Counted from the stretch's first letter, positions 54,546 through 63,676 are shown. The stretch is DNA of 64,000 nt from an uncultured Rikenellaceae bacterium (GCA_964389685.1 CAYMFM010000004.1:1310-65309), one strand, 5' to 3'. Notes: a model not told the origin generated them from the letters alone. Program-made: numbers and translations.

Positions 54546-55913
54546 ATGAAAAGATCAACGATTACCATTCTTATTGTCTTTTTTACCATGCCAATCCTGC
54601 TTCATGCACAGAATGGATGGAGGGACCTGTTTAATGGAAAAGACCTTCAGGGATGGGAACAGCTGAATGGTACAGCCAGGTATTTTGTTGAGAACGGGGA
54701 TCTTGTCGGTGAAACCGTTCTCGGGTCTCCGAACAGTTTTTTGTGTACGATGGATCATTATGGAGATTTTATCCTGGAATTCGAGGTGAAGCTTGAAGCA
54801 CCGATTAACTCCGGTGTGCAGATCAGGAGTCAAGACATTTCATCCTTCATGAATTTTGGTGGCAAAGTGCATGGATGCCAGGTCGAGATTGATCCTTTAG
54901 AGAGAGCATGGTCGGGAGGGATCTATGATGAATCACGCAGGGGATGGCTCTATAATCTGGAGAGGAATCCAGAGGGACGGGAAGCTTTTAAGATGGGGGA
55001 GTGGAACCACTTCCGCGTGGAAGCCATCGGAAATTCCATACGAACCTGGGTGAACGGAGTGCAATGTGCAGACCTGGTCGATGACATGACTCCTTCCGGT
55101 TTGATCGGACTGCAGGTCCACAGTATCGGCAAAAAAGAGGAAGAGGGGATGAAAATACGGTGGCGAAATATCCGGATCATGACTGAAGATCTTGAGTTAC
55201 ACCGTTCAGAAACCAACCCGGAGGTGCCGGAGATCAGTTACCTGAATAATCGTTTGACTAAACGGGAGGTTGAGGAGGGCTGGAAACTGCTATGGGATGG
55301 GAAAACCATGAACGGATGGAAGAATGCTTTGTCGGATCAGCCACCGGAAGAGGACTGGACAATCAGCGATGGCATATTAACGGTACATCCCGCTGGGGAG
55401 GCAGATATCGTGACCGAAGATTCATTCCGTAATTTTGTCCTTGAGCTTGATTTCAGCATTACCCGGGGCGCAAACAGCGGTATAAAATATTTTATCAATC
55501 CCGGATTTTATGGTGGTAATGGACACACCATCGGGTGTGAATTTCAAATACTGGATGACAAAAACCACCCTGATGCCTCTCAGGGAATAGGGGGAAACCG
55601 TACACTTGGCGCCCTGTATGATCTGATCCCGGCTGTACCCGAAAAACGAATAGCCAATACTAAACGGTTTAATGGAATTGGCAGTTGGAACAGGGCAAGG
55701 ATTGTAGTAAAAGAGTGTCATGTTGAACACTGGCTGAATAACGAAAAAGTGGTTGAGTATGACCGCTGTACGGATGAATGGCGGGCACTCGTGGCAAAAA
55801 GTAAATTTAGACCCTGGCAGGGATTCGGAGAGGTTAAGGAAGGCAGGATACTGCTTCAGGAACACGATAGCACCGTATCATTCAGAAACATAAAAATCCT
55901 TGAACTTGATTAA
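54546..55913 (+). CDS. secreted protein with two DUF1080 (3-keto-disaccharide hydrolase-like) domains
   Basis: Signal peptide. The DUF1080 pattern occurs twice (GW..LFNGKDL.GW ... SGLIGLQVH ... IRWRNIRI, and W..LWDGKTMNGW ... GRILLQEHDSTVSFRNIKI). Confidence 0.75.
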   Translation: MKRSTITILIVFFTMPILLHAQNGWRDLFNGKDLQGWEQLNGTARYFVENGDLVGETVLGSPNSFLCTMDHYGDFILEFEVKLEAPINSGVQIRSQDISSFMNFGGKVHGCQVEIDPLERAWSGGIYDESRRGWLYNLERNPEGREAFKMGEWNHFRVEAIGNSIRTWVNGVQCADLVDDMTPSGLIGLQVHSIGKKEEEGMKIRWRNIRIMTEDLELHRSETNPEVPEISYLNNRLTKREVEEGWKLLWDGKTMNGWKNALSDQPPEEDWTISDGILTVHPAGEADIVTEDSFRNFVLELDFSITRGANSGIKYFINPGFYGGNGHTIGCEFQILDDKNHPDASQGIGGNRTLGALYDLIPAVPEKRIANTKRFNGIGSWNRARIVVKECHVEHWLNNEKVVEYDRCTDEWRALVAKSKFRPWQGFGEVKEGRILLQEHDSTVSFRNIKILELD

Positions 55914-55933
55914 TAAACTAACACCCTGTAAAA

Positions 55934-57271
55934 ATGGATAAAACAAGCAGAAGAGATTTTGTTAAGAAAAGTGCGCTCGGGGCAGCGGCACTAACCGTTG
56001 GTGGAGTCGGTTTTTCTGCACAGAGCTACAAGCGGATCATCGGATCCAACGACCGGCTGACCGTTGCACTGGTGGGATGCGGAAGAAGGGTTCGTGCTTA
56101 CTTTGACCCCCTTGTGAAAAATAAGGAGAATATAACGGTTGCTTATGTATGCGATGTAATGAAGGATCGGCGGGATACCGTTACCGAAGAGATTTCTGAA
56201 AAACTGGGGTATTCACCTGTCAGTGAAAATGATTTTCGCAGAGCCCTCGCGGATAAACGGGTGGATGCTATATTCAATGCCACACCCGATCACTGGCATG
56301 CACCGGGAACCTGGATGTCCCTTGAAGCAGGGAAACACGTTTACCTGGAAAAACCGCTGACCCATAATCCCGAAGAAGCTGAATTGCTTATTCGCTATCA
56401 GAAAAAATTCGGCGGCATTATTCAAATGGGGACCCAGCAGCGGTCGGCTCCGGACTCCATACAGATCATCGAGGAGATCCATAACGGGGTGATCGGTGAT
56501 CCCTATCTTGCCGTGGCTTTTTATACAAACCAGAGAGGACGGGTTAAAAATCCAACACCCGCTGCCGTACCGGAAGGTTTGGATTGGGACCTCTTCCAGG
56601 GTCCGGCTCCAAGAGTCCCCTACCATGATAACTACTTTGACTACGACTGGCACTGGTTCTGGAATTGGGGAACCGGTGAAACAGGGAACAATGCAACCCA
56701 TGAAGTGGATGTCGGCCGATGGGCACTACAGGTTGATTTTCCGGAAAAGGTCATCGTGAATGCAGGTAAATACCATTTTGCAGACGATGGGTGGACCATG
56801 TATGATACAATGGACGCAAGTTTCGTTTTTCCCGGTGGAAAAACCATCCGGTGGGATGGGAAAAGCCGGAATAACTATAAAACATATGGAGCAGACCGTG
56901 GAACCATTATTTACGGATCGGAAGGATCAGTATATGTCGACCGGGGTGTCTATAAATTGTATGACCTTTCAGGGAAACTGGTAAAAGACAGCCAGTCAGA
57001 ACTGGCTGAAGCAGGCACTGCTCTCGGTGGTGGCGGCGATATGACTACCCTGCATGTGGAAAACTTCTTTGATGCAATACGGGGTAAAGCCAAACCAAAA
57101 TCACCGGTTGAGGAAGGAGCCATAAGCACCCACATGTGCCACCTGGCTAATATTGCCTACCGAACAGGCAAAGAGCTTATTTGCAATCCGGAAAATGGCC
57201 ATATACTGGATGAAGATGCGATGAAGTTGTGGGGAAGGACCTATGAACCGGGTTGGGAACCAAAGATGTAA
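55934..57271 (+). CDS. Gfo/Idh/MocA-family oxidoreductase with twin-arginine signal
   Basis: TAT motif SRRDFVKKSALGAAALTV, Rossmann VALVGCGRR, and the EKP motif YLEKPL. Confidence 0.85.
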   Translation: MDKTSRRDFVKKSALGAAALTVGGVGFSAQSYKRIIGSNDRLTVALVGCGRRVRAYFDPLVKNKENITVAYVCDVMKDRRDTVTEEISEKLGYSPVSENDFRRALADKRVDAIFNATPDHWHAPGTWMSLEAGKHVYLEKPLTHNPEEAELLIRYQKKFGGIIQMGTQQRSAPDSIQIIEEIHNGVIGDPYLAVAFYTNQRGRVKNPTPAAVPEGLDWDLFQGPAPRVPYHDNYFDYDWHWFWNWGTGETGNNATHEVDVGRWALQVDFPEKVIVNAGKYHFADDGWTMYDTMDASFVFPGGKTIRWDGKSRNNYKTYGADRGTIIYGSEGSVYVDRGVYKLYDLSGKLVKDSQSELAEAGTALGGGGDMTTLHVENFFDAIRGKAKPKSPVEEGAISTHMCHLANIAYRTGKELICNPENGHILDEDAMKLWGRTYEPGWEPKM

Positions 57272-57349
57272 TACGCAGCAAATCATTCAAGTATATTAAG
57301 TGTAATGCAATAACCTGATTTGAGATTGATCATCAAAACCGAAGATTTT

Positions 57350-58732
57350 ATGTTTAAAACTGAAACTTACAAAAACAGAAGAGCACGGCTGAAGCAGGAT
57401 ATGCAGGATGGAATTATTCTGCTTCCCGGAAATGAAGAAAGTCCGATGAACTACACGGATAATCCTTACCGTTTCAGACAGGATAGTTCATTTCTCTATT
57501 TTTTTGGCCTCGATTATCCAGGACTGGTCGGTTATATAAATATTGACAGCGGGAAAGAGATCATTTTTGGAGATGACCTGACCATCGATGACGTTATCTG
57601 GATGGGAATGAAACCCTCGCTGCTGGAAAGAAGCAAACCGATTGGGATTAATACGGTGTTGCCCTTCTGCTGTCTTCAGGATTATGTAGATGAAGCCATT
57701 AAAAAAGACCGTAAAATTCATTTTCTGCCACCCTATAGAGCGGAGAATAAGATCACGCTCTGGAATCTGACCGGGATCCCACCCGGTAAGATCAATGAAG
57801 CGGCATCTGTTGACCTGATAAAAGCTGTTGTAAACCAGCGTAATTATAAGACTCCGGAAGAGATCGATGAGATTGAAAAAGCGGTTAACATTACCGTGGA
57901 TATGCACCTTGCAGCCATGAAAATGGCTCAACCCGGAATGACCGAAGCCCAAATTGCCGCCAGGGTTCACGAAATCGCACTGGCTGGCGGAGGAGATATC
58001 TCCTTCCCGATAATCGCTACGATACATGGGGAAACATTGCACAATCATTATCATGGAAACCGGTTGGAGAGCGGACAACTATTCCTTCTTGATGCAGGAG
58101 CCGAAACAGCCATGCATTATGCCGGGGATATGTCAAGCACATTTCCGGTTGATAAAACGTTTACCGGTAGACAAAAAGAAATCTACCAGATTACACTGGA
58201 TGCCCACCTGGCTGCTGTAAACATGTTGAAACCAGGAGTGAACTTTAAAGATGTTCATCTTTCAGCTTGCCGCACAATTGCCGCCGGAATGAAAGATATG
58301 GGTTTTATGAAGGGTGATGTTGATGAAGCCGTGGAAAAGGGAGCTCATGCACTGTTCTTCCCTTGTGGTACAGGTCATATGATGGGACTGGATGTTCACG
58401 ACATGGAAGACCTTGGAGAGATTTATGTTGGGTACGACGGACAACCCAAAAGCTCACAGTTCGGATTGAAATCATTGCGGTTGGGACGCCCCCTGGAACC
58501 CGGGTTTGTATTGACCATTGAACCGGGAATCTACTTCATCCCCGAATTGATCGGACAATGGAAAGCGGAGGGCAAATTCAAAGAGTTCATAAACTATGAC
58601 AAGGTGGAGCAGTACAAAGATTTCAGCGGTTGCCGGAATGAAGAGGATTTTGTCATTACAGAAACGGGCGCCAGGTGCCTGGGGAAACTGCTTCCAAAAA
58701 CAATCGATGAAGTGGAAAAAGCAAGAGGATAG
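57350..58732 (+). CDS. pepP: Xaa-Pro aminopeptidase (M24B family)
   Basis: Creatinase-like N-domain plus pita-bread domain. Metal ligands sit in LLDAGAE..YAGDMSSTF, GTGHMMGLDVHD, LTIEPGIY and NEEDFVITE. The ATG at 57350 is preferred. Confidence 0.85.
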   Translation: MFKTETYKNRRARLKQDMQDGIILLPGNEESPMNYTDNPYRFRQDSSFLYFFGLDYPGLVGYINIDSGKEIIFGDDLTIDDVIWMGMKPSLLERSKPIGINTVLPFCCLQDYVDEAIKKDRKIHFLPPYRAENKITLWNLTGIPPGKINEAASVDLIKAVVNQRNYKTPEEIDEIEKAVNITVDMHLAAMKMAQPGMTEAQIAARVHEIALAGGGDISFPIIATIHGETLHNHYHGNRLESGQLFLLDAGAETAMHYAGDMSSTFPVDKTFTGRQKEIYQITLDAHLAAVNMLKPGVNFKDVHLSACRTIAAGMKDMGFMKGDVDEAVEKGAHALFFPCGTGHMMGLDVHDMEDLGEIYVGYDGQPKSSQFGLKSLRLGRPLEPGFVLTIEPGIYFIPELIGQWKAEGKFKEFINYDKVEQYKDFSGCRNEEDFVITETGARCLGKLLPKTIDEVEKARG

Positions 58733-58988
58733 GGAGGAATGTAAATAATGAATAATGAATATTGAATACTGAATTTTGAAACAGGACGTAAGGAAGAATG
58801 GAGGAGTTCAAGGTTCAGAGTACAGAGTTGGAGAGGTGAGTTATGAGTTATGAGTGAAAAGAAATTGAATTATTACATAATGATGCCTGCCCGACGGTTT
58901 ACCAGCCTGTGGCTGGCAGGCGGGTCTCTGGCATAACTTATAACGTATCAACTTATAATGTATTAACTTATCAACTTATACCCGTCCC
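58733..58988. repeat. spacer C: heptamer arrays of opposite polarity flanking a GC hairpin core
   Basis: AATAATG-type units at 58744-58785 and GAGTTCA/GAGTTAT-type units at 58804-58858. GC core at 58885-58921. ATAACTT-type (reverse polarity) units at 58933-58980. Confidence 0.85.
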
Positions 58989-59951
58989 ATGCTATGCCTA
59001 AGTGCAGATGATATCCTGAAAGCCGCCTCCTGCCAGGAAGTTGTTATGGCAGTTGAGAAGGCGTTGATCATGTATGAAAAAAAGGAATTTTACATGCCTC
59101 AAAGAGTGCACCTTGACTATCAAGGCAATACGCTCCTGTTGATGCCCTGTTTTACCCGGGAAAGCATGGCTACGAAGCTGCTTTCGGTTTTCCCGGGTAA
59201 CCGGGAAAAGAAGAAAATGGTTATGAATGGTATTGTTGTCCTGAATGATGCTGAAACGGGTGAACCCATTGCAATGTTAAATGGAGCAAAACTAACAGCT
59301 GTTCGCACCGGAGCTGTCGGGAGTGTGGGGGTCCGGTATATTACAGATCCGGGAATAACCACAGCAGGTATTGTCGGTCTTGGAGTCCAGGGCTTTCACC
59401 AGGCAATCTTCGCCTGCGCTGTCAGAAAAATCCAGAAGATCATACTCTATGATATTAATCCGGAAAGCAAGGATGAATTTATTGAACAATTTCATTTTTA
59501 TTACCCTCGGGTTGAAGTTTGCATGGCAGAACGGATTGAGGACATGCTGAGCCAGACCGATCTGATCATAAGCGCTACTCCATCAAAAGTCCCGGTAATA
59601 CCGGACGATGAGAAAATGATTTTGGGTAAAAAGTTTATTGGCATCGGATCGTTTAAACCCGATATGCGTGAGTTTCCCGAAGCACTATTCCGGAAGTTGG
59701 AATACTTATTTGTTGATACCGATCATGCATTGACCGAAACGGGTGATTTGATCGATCCTTTGAACCACCGTTGGATAGCTGAAGATCAGATCATCTCTGC
59801 CGGGAAACTTGTCCTGGGGGAGGTAAAGGTAGATCAGGATCAAACCTGCCTTTTTAAGTCCGTTGGAATGGCACTGTTTGACCTGGTGGTTTCTGATTAT
59901 ATTTTCCAGAAAGCCAGGGAAGAGGGAATTGGCAAAGAGGTGGACGTATAG
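58989..59951 (+). CDS. ornithine cyclodeaminase/mu-crystallin family protein (candidate delta1-pyrroline-2-carboxylate reductase)
   Basis: 320 aa. OCD-family Rossmann motif GIVGLGVQG and the TAVRTGA motif. Confidence 0.8.
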   Translation: MLCLSADDILKAASCQEVVMAVEKALIMYEKKEFYMPQRVHLDYQGNTLLLMPCFTRESMATKLLSVFPGNREKKKMVMNGIVVLNDAETGEPIAMLNGAKLTAVRTGAVGSVGVRYITDPGITTAGIVGLGVQGFHQAIFACAVRKIQKIILYDINPESKDEFIEQFHFYYPRVEVCMAERIEDMLSQTDLIISATPSKVPVIPDDEKMILGKKFIGIGSFKPDMREFPEALFRKLEYLFVDTDHALTETGDLIDPLNHRWIAEDQIISAGKLVLGEVKVDQDQTCLFKSVGMALFDLVVSDYIFQKAREEGIGKEVDV

Positions 59952-59988
59952 TAGTACAATTTTCATTCAAATTAAACATGCGGATCAA

Positions 59989-61023
59989 ATGCTTAAAAAC
60001 TGGAAATGGAAACCGCCCGAGGGGTGGATGGTACTTAAGACCCTCGATATGCATACGGGAGGTGAACCCCTGAGGATCTTTGTTAACGGAGTTCCGGAAA
60101 TCAAGGGCAACACCATCCTTGAAAAACGAAAATATTTCAGTGAACACTTCGATTACATCCGAAAGGGAACCATGCTGGAACCCAGGGGACATGCTGATAT
60201 GTATGGTGCTATTATTACCGAACCGGTTACCGGGGATGGTGATTTTGGCGTATTTTTCATGCATAACGAGGGGTACAGCACCATGTGCGGACATGGGATC
60301 ATTGCCGTGACAAAGTTGGTATTGGATACCGATATTATCATCAAAAAGGGTACTGATCCGGTTCTGAAGATTGATGGTCCGTCCGGAAGAATTACTGCAA
60401 CCGGACACCGGAAAAATGGAATCGTAGAGAAAGCATCGTTCCGGAATGTTCCTTCCTTTGTATTGCTGGCGGATCAAATGATAGAAATTCCTGGGATCGG
60501 ACGGGTTGCTTTTGACGTTGCCTTCGGTGGTGCCTTTTATGCTTTTTGTGAAGCGAAGTCGTTGGCATTGAACCTGGATGGTTCCGATTACAATAAACTG
60601 ATTGATTACGGCAAGCGGATAAAAAAAGCGGTTGCAGGGAATTTTGTTATCCGCCATCCTTTTGAAGAGGATCTCAGTTTCCTGTATGGCACCATCTTCA
60701 CCGGTGATCCTTATGATTACAGGCACCATAGCCGCAATGTGTGCATTTTTGCCGAAGGCGAGGTGGACCGCTCGGCAACCGGTTCGGGAATCAGCGCAAG
60801 AGCTGCCCTGCATTTTGCAAAAAAAGAATTAAACCTGAATGAGAAGATAACCATTGAGAGTATCCTTGGTTCCACGATGGACGTCAGGGTAGTGGAAAAA
60901 ACCACCTTTGGGGATTATGATGCAATTGTTCCTGAAGTTACGGGGACGGCTTACATTACGGGACAGAATGAATTCTGTTTTGATCCCGACGATCCATTGA
61001 AGGGGGGATTCATTTTCCGGTAA
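59989..61023 (+). CDS. proline racemase-family enzyme, Cys/Thr type (candidate trans-3-hydroxy-L-proline dehydratase)
   Basis: The ATG at 59989 gives MLKNWKW...LDMHTGGEPLRIF. The first catalytic position is Cys in STMCGHG (60286-60288). The second position is Thr in DRSATGSG (60778-60780). Confidence 0.8.
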   Translation: MLKNWKWKPPEGWMVLKTLDMHTGGEPLRIFVNGVPEIKGNTILEKRKYFSEHFDYIRKGTMLEPRGHADMYGAIITEPVTGDGDFGVFFMHNEGYSTMCGHGIIAVTKLVLDTDIIIKKGTDPVLKIDGPSGRITATGHRKNGIVEKASFRNVPSFVLLADQMIEIPGIGRVAFDVAFGGAFYAFCEAKSLALNLDGSDYNKLIDYGKRIKKAVAGNFVIRHPFEEDLSFLYGTIFTGDPYDYRHHSRNVCIFAEGEVDRSATGSGISARAALHFAKKELNLNEKITIESILGSTMDVRVVEKTTFGDYDAIVPEVTGTAYITGQNEFCFDPDDPLKGGFIFR

Positions 61024-61051
61024 TAATTGTTAAGTAATCAGAGATAATAAT

Positions 61052-63676
61052 TTGCTAATTTCAAGAAAAATATTTCCAATCTCTTTCATTCTATGCTGTA
61101 TGCTTGCCCGAATTGCATGCCCACAGCAACCGGAATCACCGTTGGTATCCTCATTTGCCGAATACAAACAAATGAAAGAAAGTACACCTTTTGGGCTGGA
61201 GTGGATCAGCCTGGGCCCTGTGGTTAATTCCGCAAGGGTAGAAGCTGTGCAACTCGATCCCTCTCATCCCGGGACCATGTATGTTGCTTTCGGATCAGGT
61301 AATCTATGGAAAACGGTAAATAACGGTTTGACGTGGGAAGCGATTTTTGAAGATCAACCAGCACTGGGAATTGGAGATATTGCGCTTGCTCCCTCCAATC
61401 CTGAAATTATCTACCTGGGGACTGGAGAAAGCTTAAAGAAACCCCGGAACTTTACAATGCCGGGCACGGGTATCTATAAATCGGAAGATGGAGGAGCAAA
61501 CTGGTTACACTGTGGGCTGAATGATTCCTGGCATATTGGGGAGATAGCCATTCATCCAACTAATCCAGACATAGTGTTCGTAGCAGTGCTGGGGCATTTT
61601 TGGTCTCCCAATCCAAACCGGGGATTATATCGAACTACTAATGGCGGTTTAAATTGGGAACATGTTTTATATATTGATGAAAAAACAGGTGTTAATGATG
61701 TAGTGATCTCACCCGGTAATACGGATGTTTTATATGTTTCTGCCTGGGAAAACTTTCCGGGAACCACTGGTGGTAATAGCGGTGTGTATACCAGCAAAGA
61801 CGGTGGGGAAACATGGAAAAAAGTAACACGTGGATTCCCCCGGGGTAACCGGATTGGCAGAATCGGCATCGCTGTTTCCCGGGAAGATCCGGAAAAAGTG
61901 TATGCACTTGTTGATAACCTTGGGAACAGGAATCAGGGAGCAGCTGAAGTGTATAAAAGTGTTAACGGCGGAGAAGAATGGACCAGAACCCATGCCGAAG
62001 GATTACTCATTTTTTCCCGGATCGGATGGTATTTTGCAGATATATATGTTAACCCTCAAAATGACGACGAGATTTTTGCACTCGGTATACGGATGGCACA
62101 CAGCACTGATGGAGGAACTACTTTTAATCTGGTAGGTGGGGATGTATTTCATATTTTCCCAAGTGATGCTGATCCACTCCATCTTGACCACTGCGAATTA
62201 TTCATTAACCCCCTGAATCCTGCTCACCTGATGCTGGGAAATGATGGTGGGCTTTATTGCAGTTATGATAAAGGTGAAACCTGGATTCACTACAACAATA
62301 TTCCTGCCGGTGAATTTTATGATATTACCGTTGATAACCAGGATCCTTACATGATTTATGGAGGGACACAGGATGATGCAACAGTTTTTGGCCCGGCAAA
62401 TGAGTGGGATCCACGATATGCTGATGGATGGAGATACCTGTGGGTTGATGCCTGGAGTGGGGGTGATGGTTGTGTAACCCAGGTCGATCCGGAGGACCCG
62501 AATACCGTCTATTTTAGCTCTCAGAATGGCGGAATAATGAGAAAAAATTTGAAAACCGGACTATCTAAACTCATCCGGCCACGCATATCCCGAAATCAAT
62601 CGGGGAACCTTCAGTTCAACTTCGTTACACCATACATAATCTCGCCGCATGACTCAAAAACTCTCTTTCTTGCAGGTAATTATGTATTCAAAAGCATGAA
62701 CAGAGGCGATAGTTGGGATATTATCAGTGAAGATTTATCTGTCTCAAAGTATCCGGATAAAAAATCTGTTGCTGCGGGTGCACTGGCAGAGTCTCCTCTG
62801 GATACCGGACTTATTTATATGGGAACTGACAGGGGGGCATTCTGGGTCTCACGGAATGATGGGGAGACATGGGAGGAACGGTCAAAAGGACTGGCAAACA
62901 ATTATATACGCAGTATCGTTGCATCCAGGTATTCTCCCTCCCGGGTGTACCTGGCGATGACGGGTATAAACTACGATGATCTCCATCACTACCTGTACGT
63001 GTCTGAAGATTATGGCGATAACTGGAAGAAAGTCAAAGGAAATATGCCCGATGAAATCGTTTATGTCATATGTGAGGATCCCCTCTTTGAAAAAATCCTG
63101 TATGCAGGATCATACCGTGGTGTTTATGTCTCAATGGACAGGGGAGAATCCTGGTCATTGCTGGGCAGGAATATGGCTGCAGTGGCTGTTTCAGACCTGT
63201 TAGTACAGGAGCAAACCATGGATCTTGTGATTGGAACACATGGCCGTGGGATCTTTAAAATCAACCTTAAACCTCTTCACGAAGTATTCAAAATGGGCTA
63301 TCCACTGGATGAGAATTATCTGTGTGAAATTGAAGTGGCCAAAAGACCCTGGATCAATGACACACATCGTGATCCGGATTTCAGTACTGTTCGGAAAGTT
63401 CCCATTGCCTTTTGGGTACCCGATCCAAAACTGGTTAAACTGAAAGTCATTAACAATAAGGAAGAAATTTTCTGGTCGAAAGAAATTGAATCTAAACGTG
63501 GATTAAACCAGTATCGATGGGACCTGGTGATCAAAGAAGAGGAAAGTATGGACCCGTATTTTATTCATTACAAACGGTTCCTGGATAAAGGGACCTACAG
63601 GCTTCTGCTGGAAACTGATGATCAGCTATTGGAAAAGGAATTCATTGTTTCGGAAGGAGAAAAACCGGGGGAATAA
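61052..63676 (+). CDS. sortilin/VPS10-type BNR-repeat beta-propeller protein (paralogue of 46829-49933)
   Basis: 874 aa with a TTG start. Signal peptide and Asp-box repeats (SEDGGANW, TTNGGLNWEH, SKDGGETWKK, SVNGGEEWTR, STDGGTTF, SYDKGETWIH, SMNRGDSWD, SRNDGETWEE, SEDYGDNWKK, SMDRGESWS). Confidence 0.8.
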   Translation: MLISRKIFPISFILCCMLARIACPQQPESPLVSSFAEYKQMKESTPFGLEWISLGPVVNSARVEAVQLDPSHPGTMYVAFGSGNLWKTVNNGLTWEAIFEDQPALGIGDIALAPSNPEIIYLGTGESLKKPRNFTMPGTGIYKSEDGGANWLHCGLNDSWHIGEIAIHPTNPDIVFVAVLGHFWSPNPNRGLYRTTNGGLNWEHVLYIDEKTGVNDVVISPGNTDVLYVSAWENFPGTTGGNSGVYTSKDGGETWKKVTRGFPRGNRIGRIGIAVSREDPEKVYALVDNLGNRNQGAAEVYKSVNGGEEWTRTHAEGLLIFSRIGWYFADIYVNPQNDDEIFALGIRMAHSTDGGTTFNLVGGDVFHIFPSDADPLHLDHCELFINPLNPAHLMLGNDGGLYCSYDKGETWIHYNNIPAGEFYDITVDNQDPYMIYGGTQDDATVFGPANEWDPRYADGWRYLWVDAWSGGDGCVTQVDPEDPNTVYFSSQNGGIMRKNLKTGLSKLIRPRISRNQSGNLQFNFVTPYIISPHDSKTLFLAGNYVFKSMNRGDSWDIISEDLSVSKYPDKKSVAAGALAESPLDTGLIYMGTDRGAFWVSRNDGETWEERSKGLANNYIRSIVASRYSPSRVYLAMTGINYDDLHHYLYVSEDYGDNWKKVKGNMPDEIVYVICEDPLFEKILYAGSYRGVYVSMDRGESWSLLGRNMAAVAVSDLLVQEQTMDLVIGTHGRGIFKINLKPLHEVFKMGYPLDENYLCEIEVAKRPWINDTHRDPDFSTVRKVPIAFWVPDPKLVKLKVINNKEEIFWSKEIESKRGLNQYRWDLVIKEEESMDPYFIHYKRFLDKGTYRLLLETDDQLLEKEFIVSEGEKPGE

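Noticed and set aside
59854-60813. 319-aa ORF on the minus strand
   Set aside because: It lies entirely antisense to the proline-racemase-family gene, which has clear catalytic motifs. Its composition is Arg/Ser/Pro-biased, typical of a shadow frame, and it has no recognisable motif.
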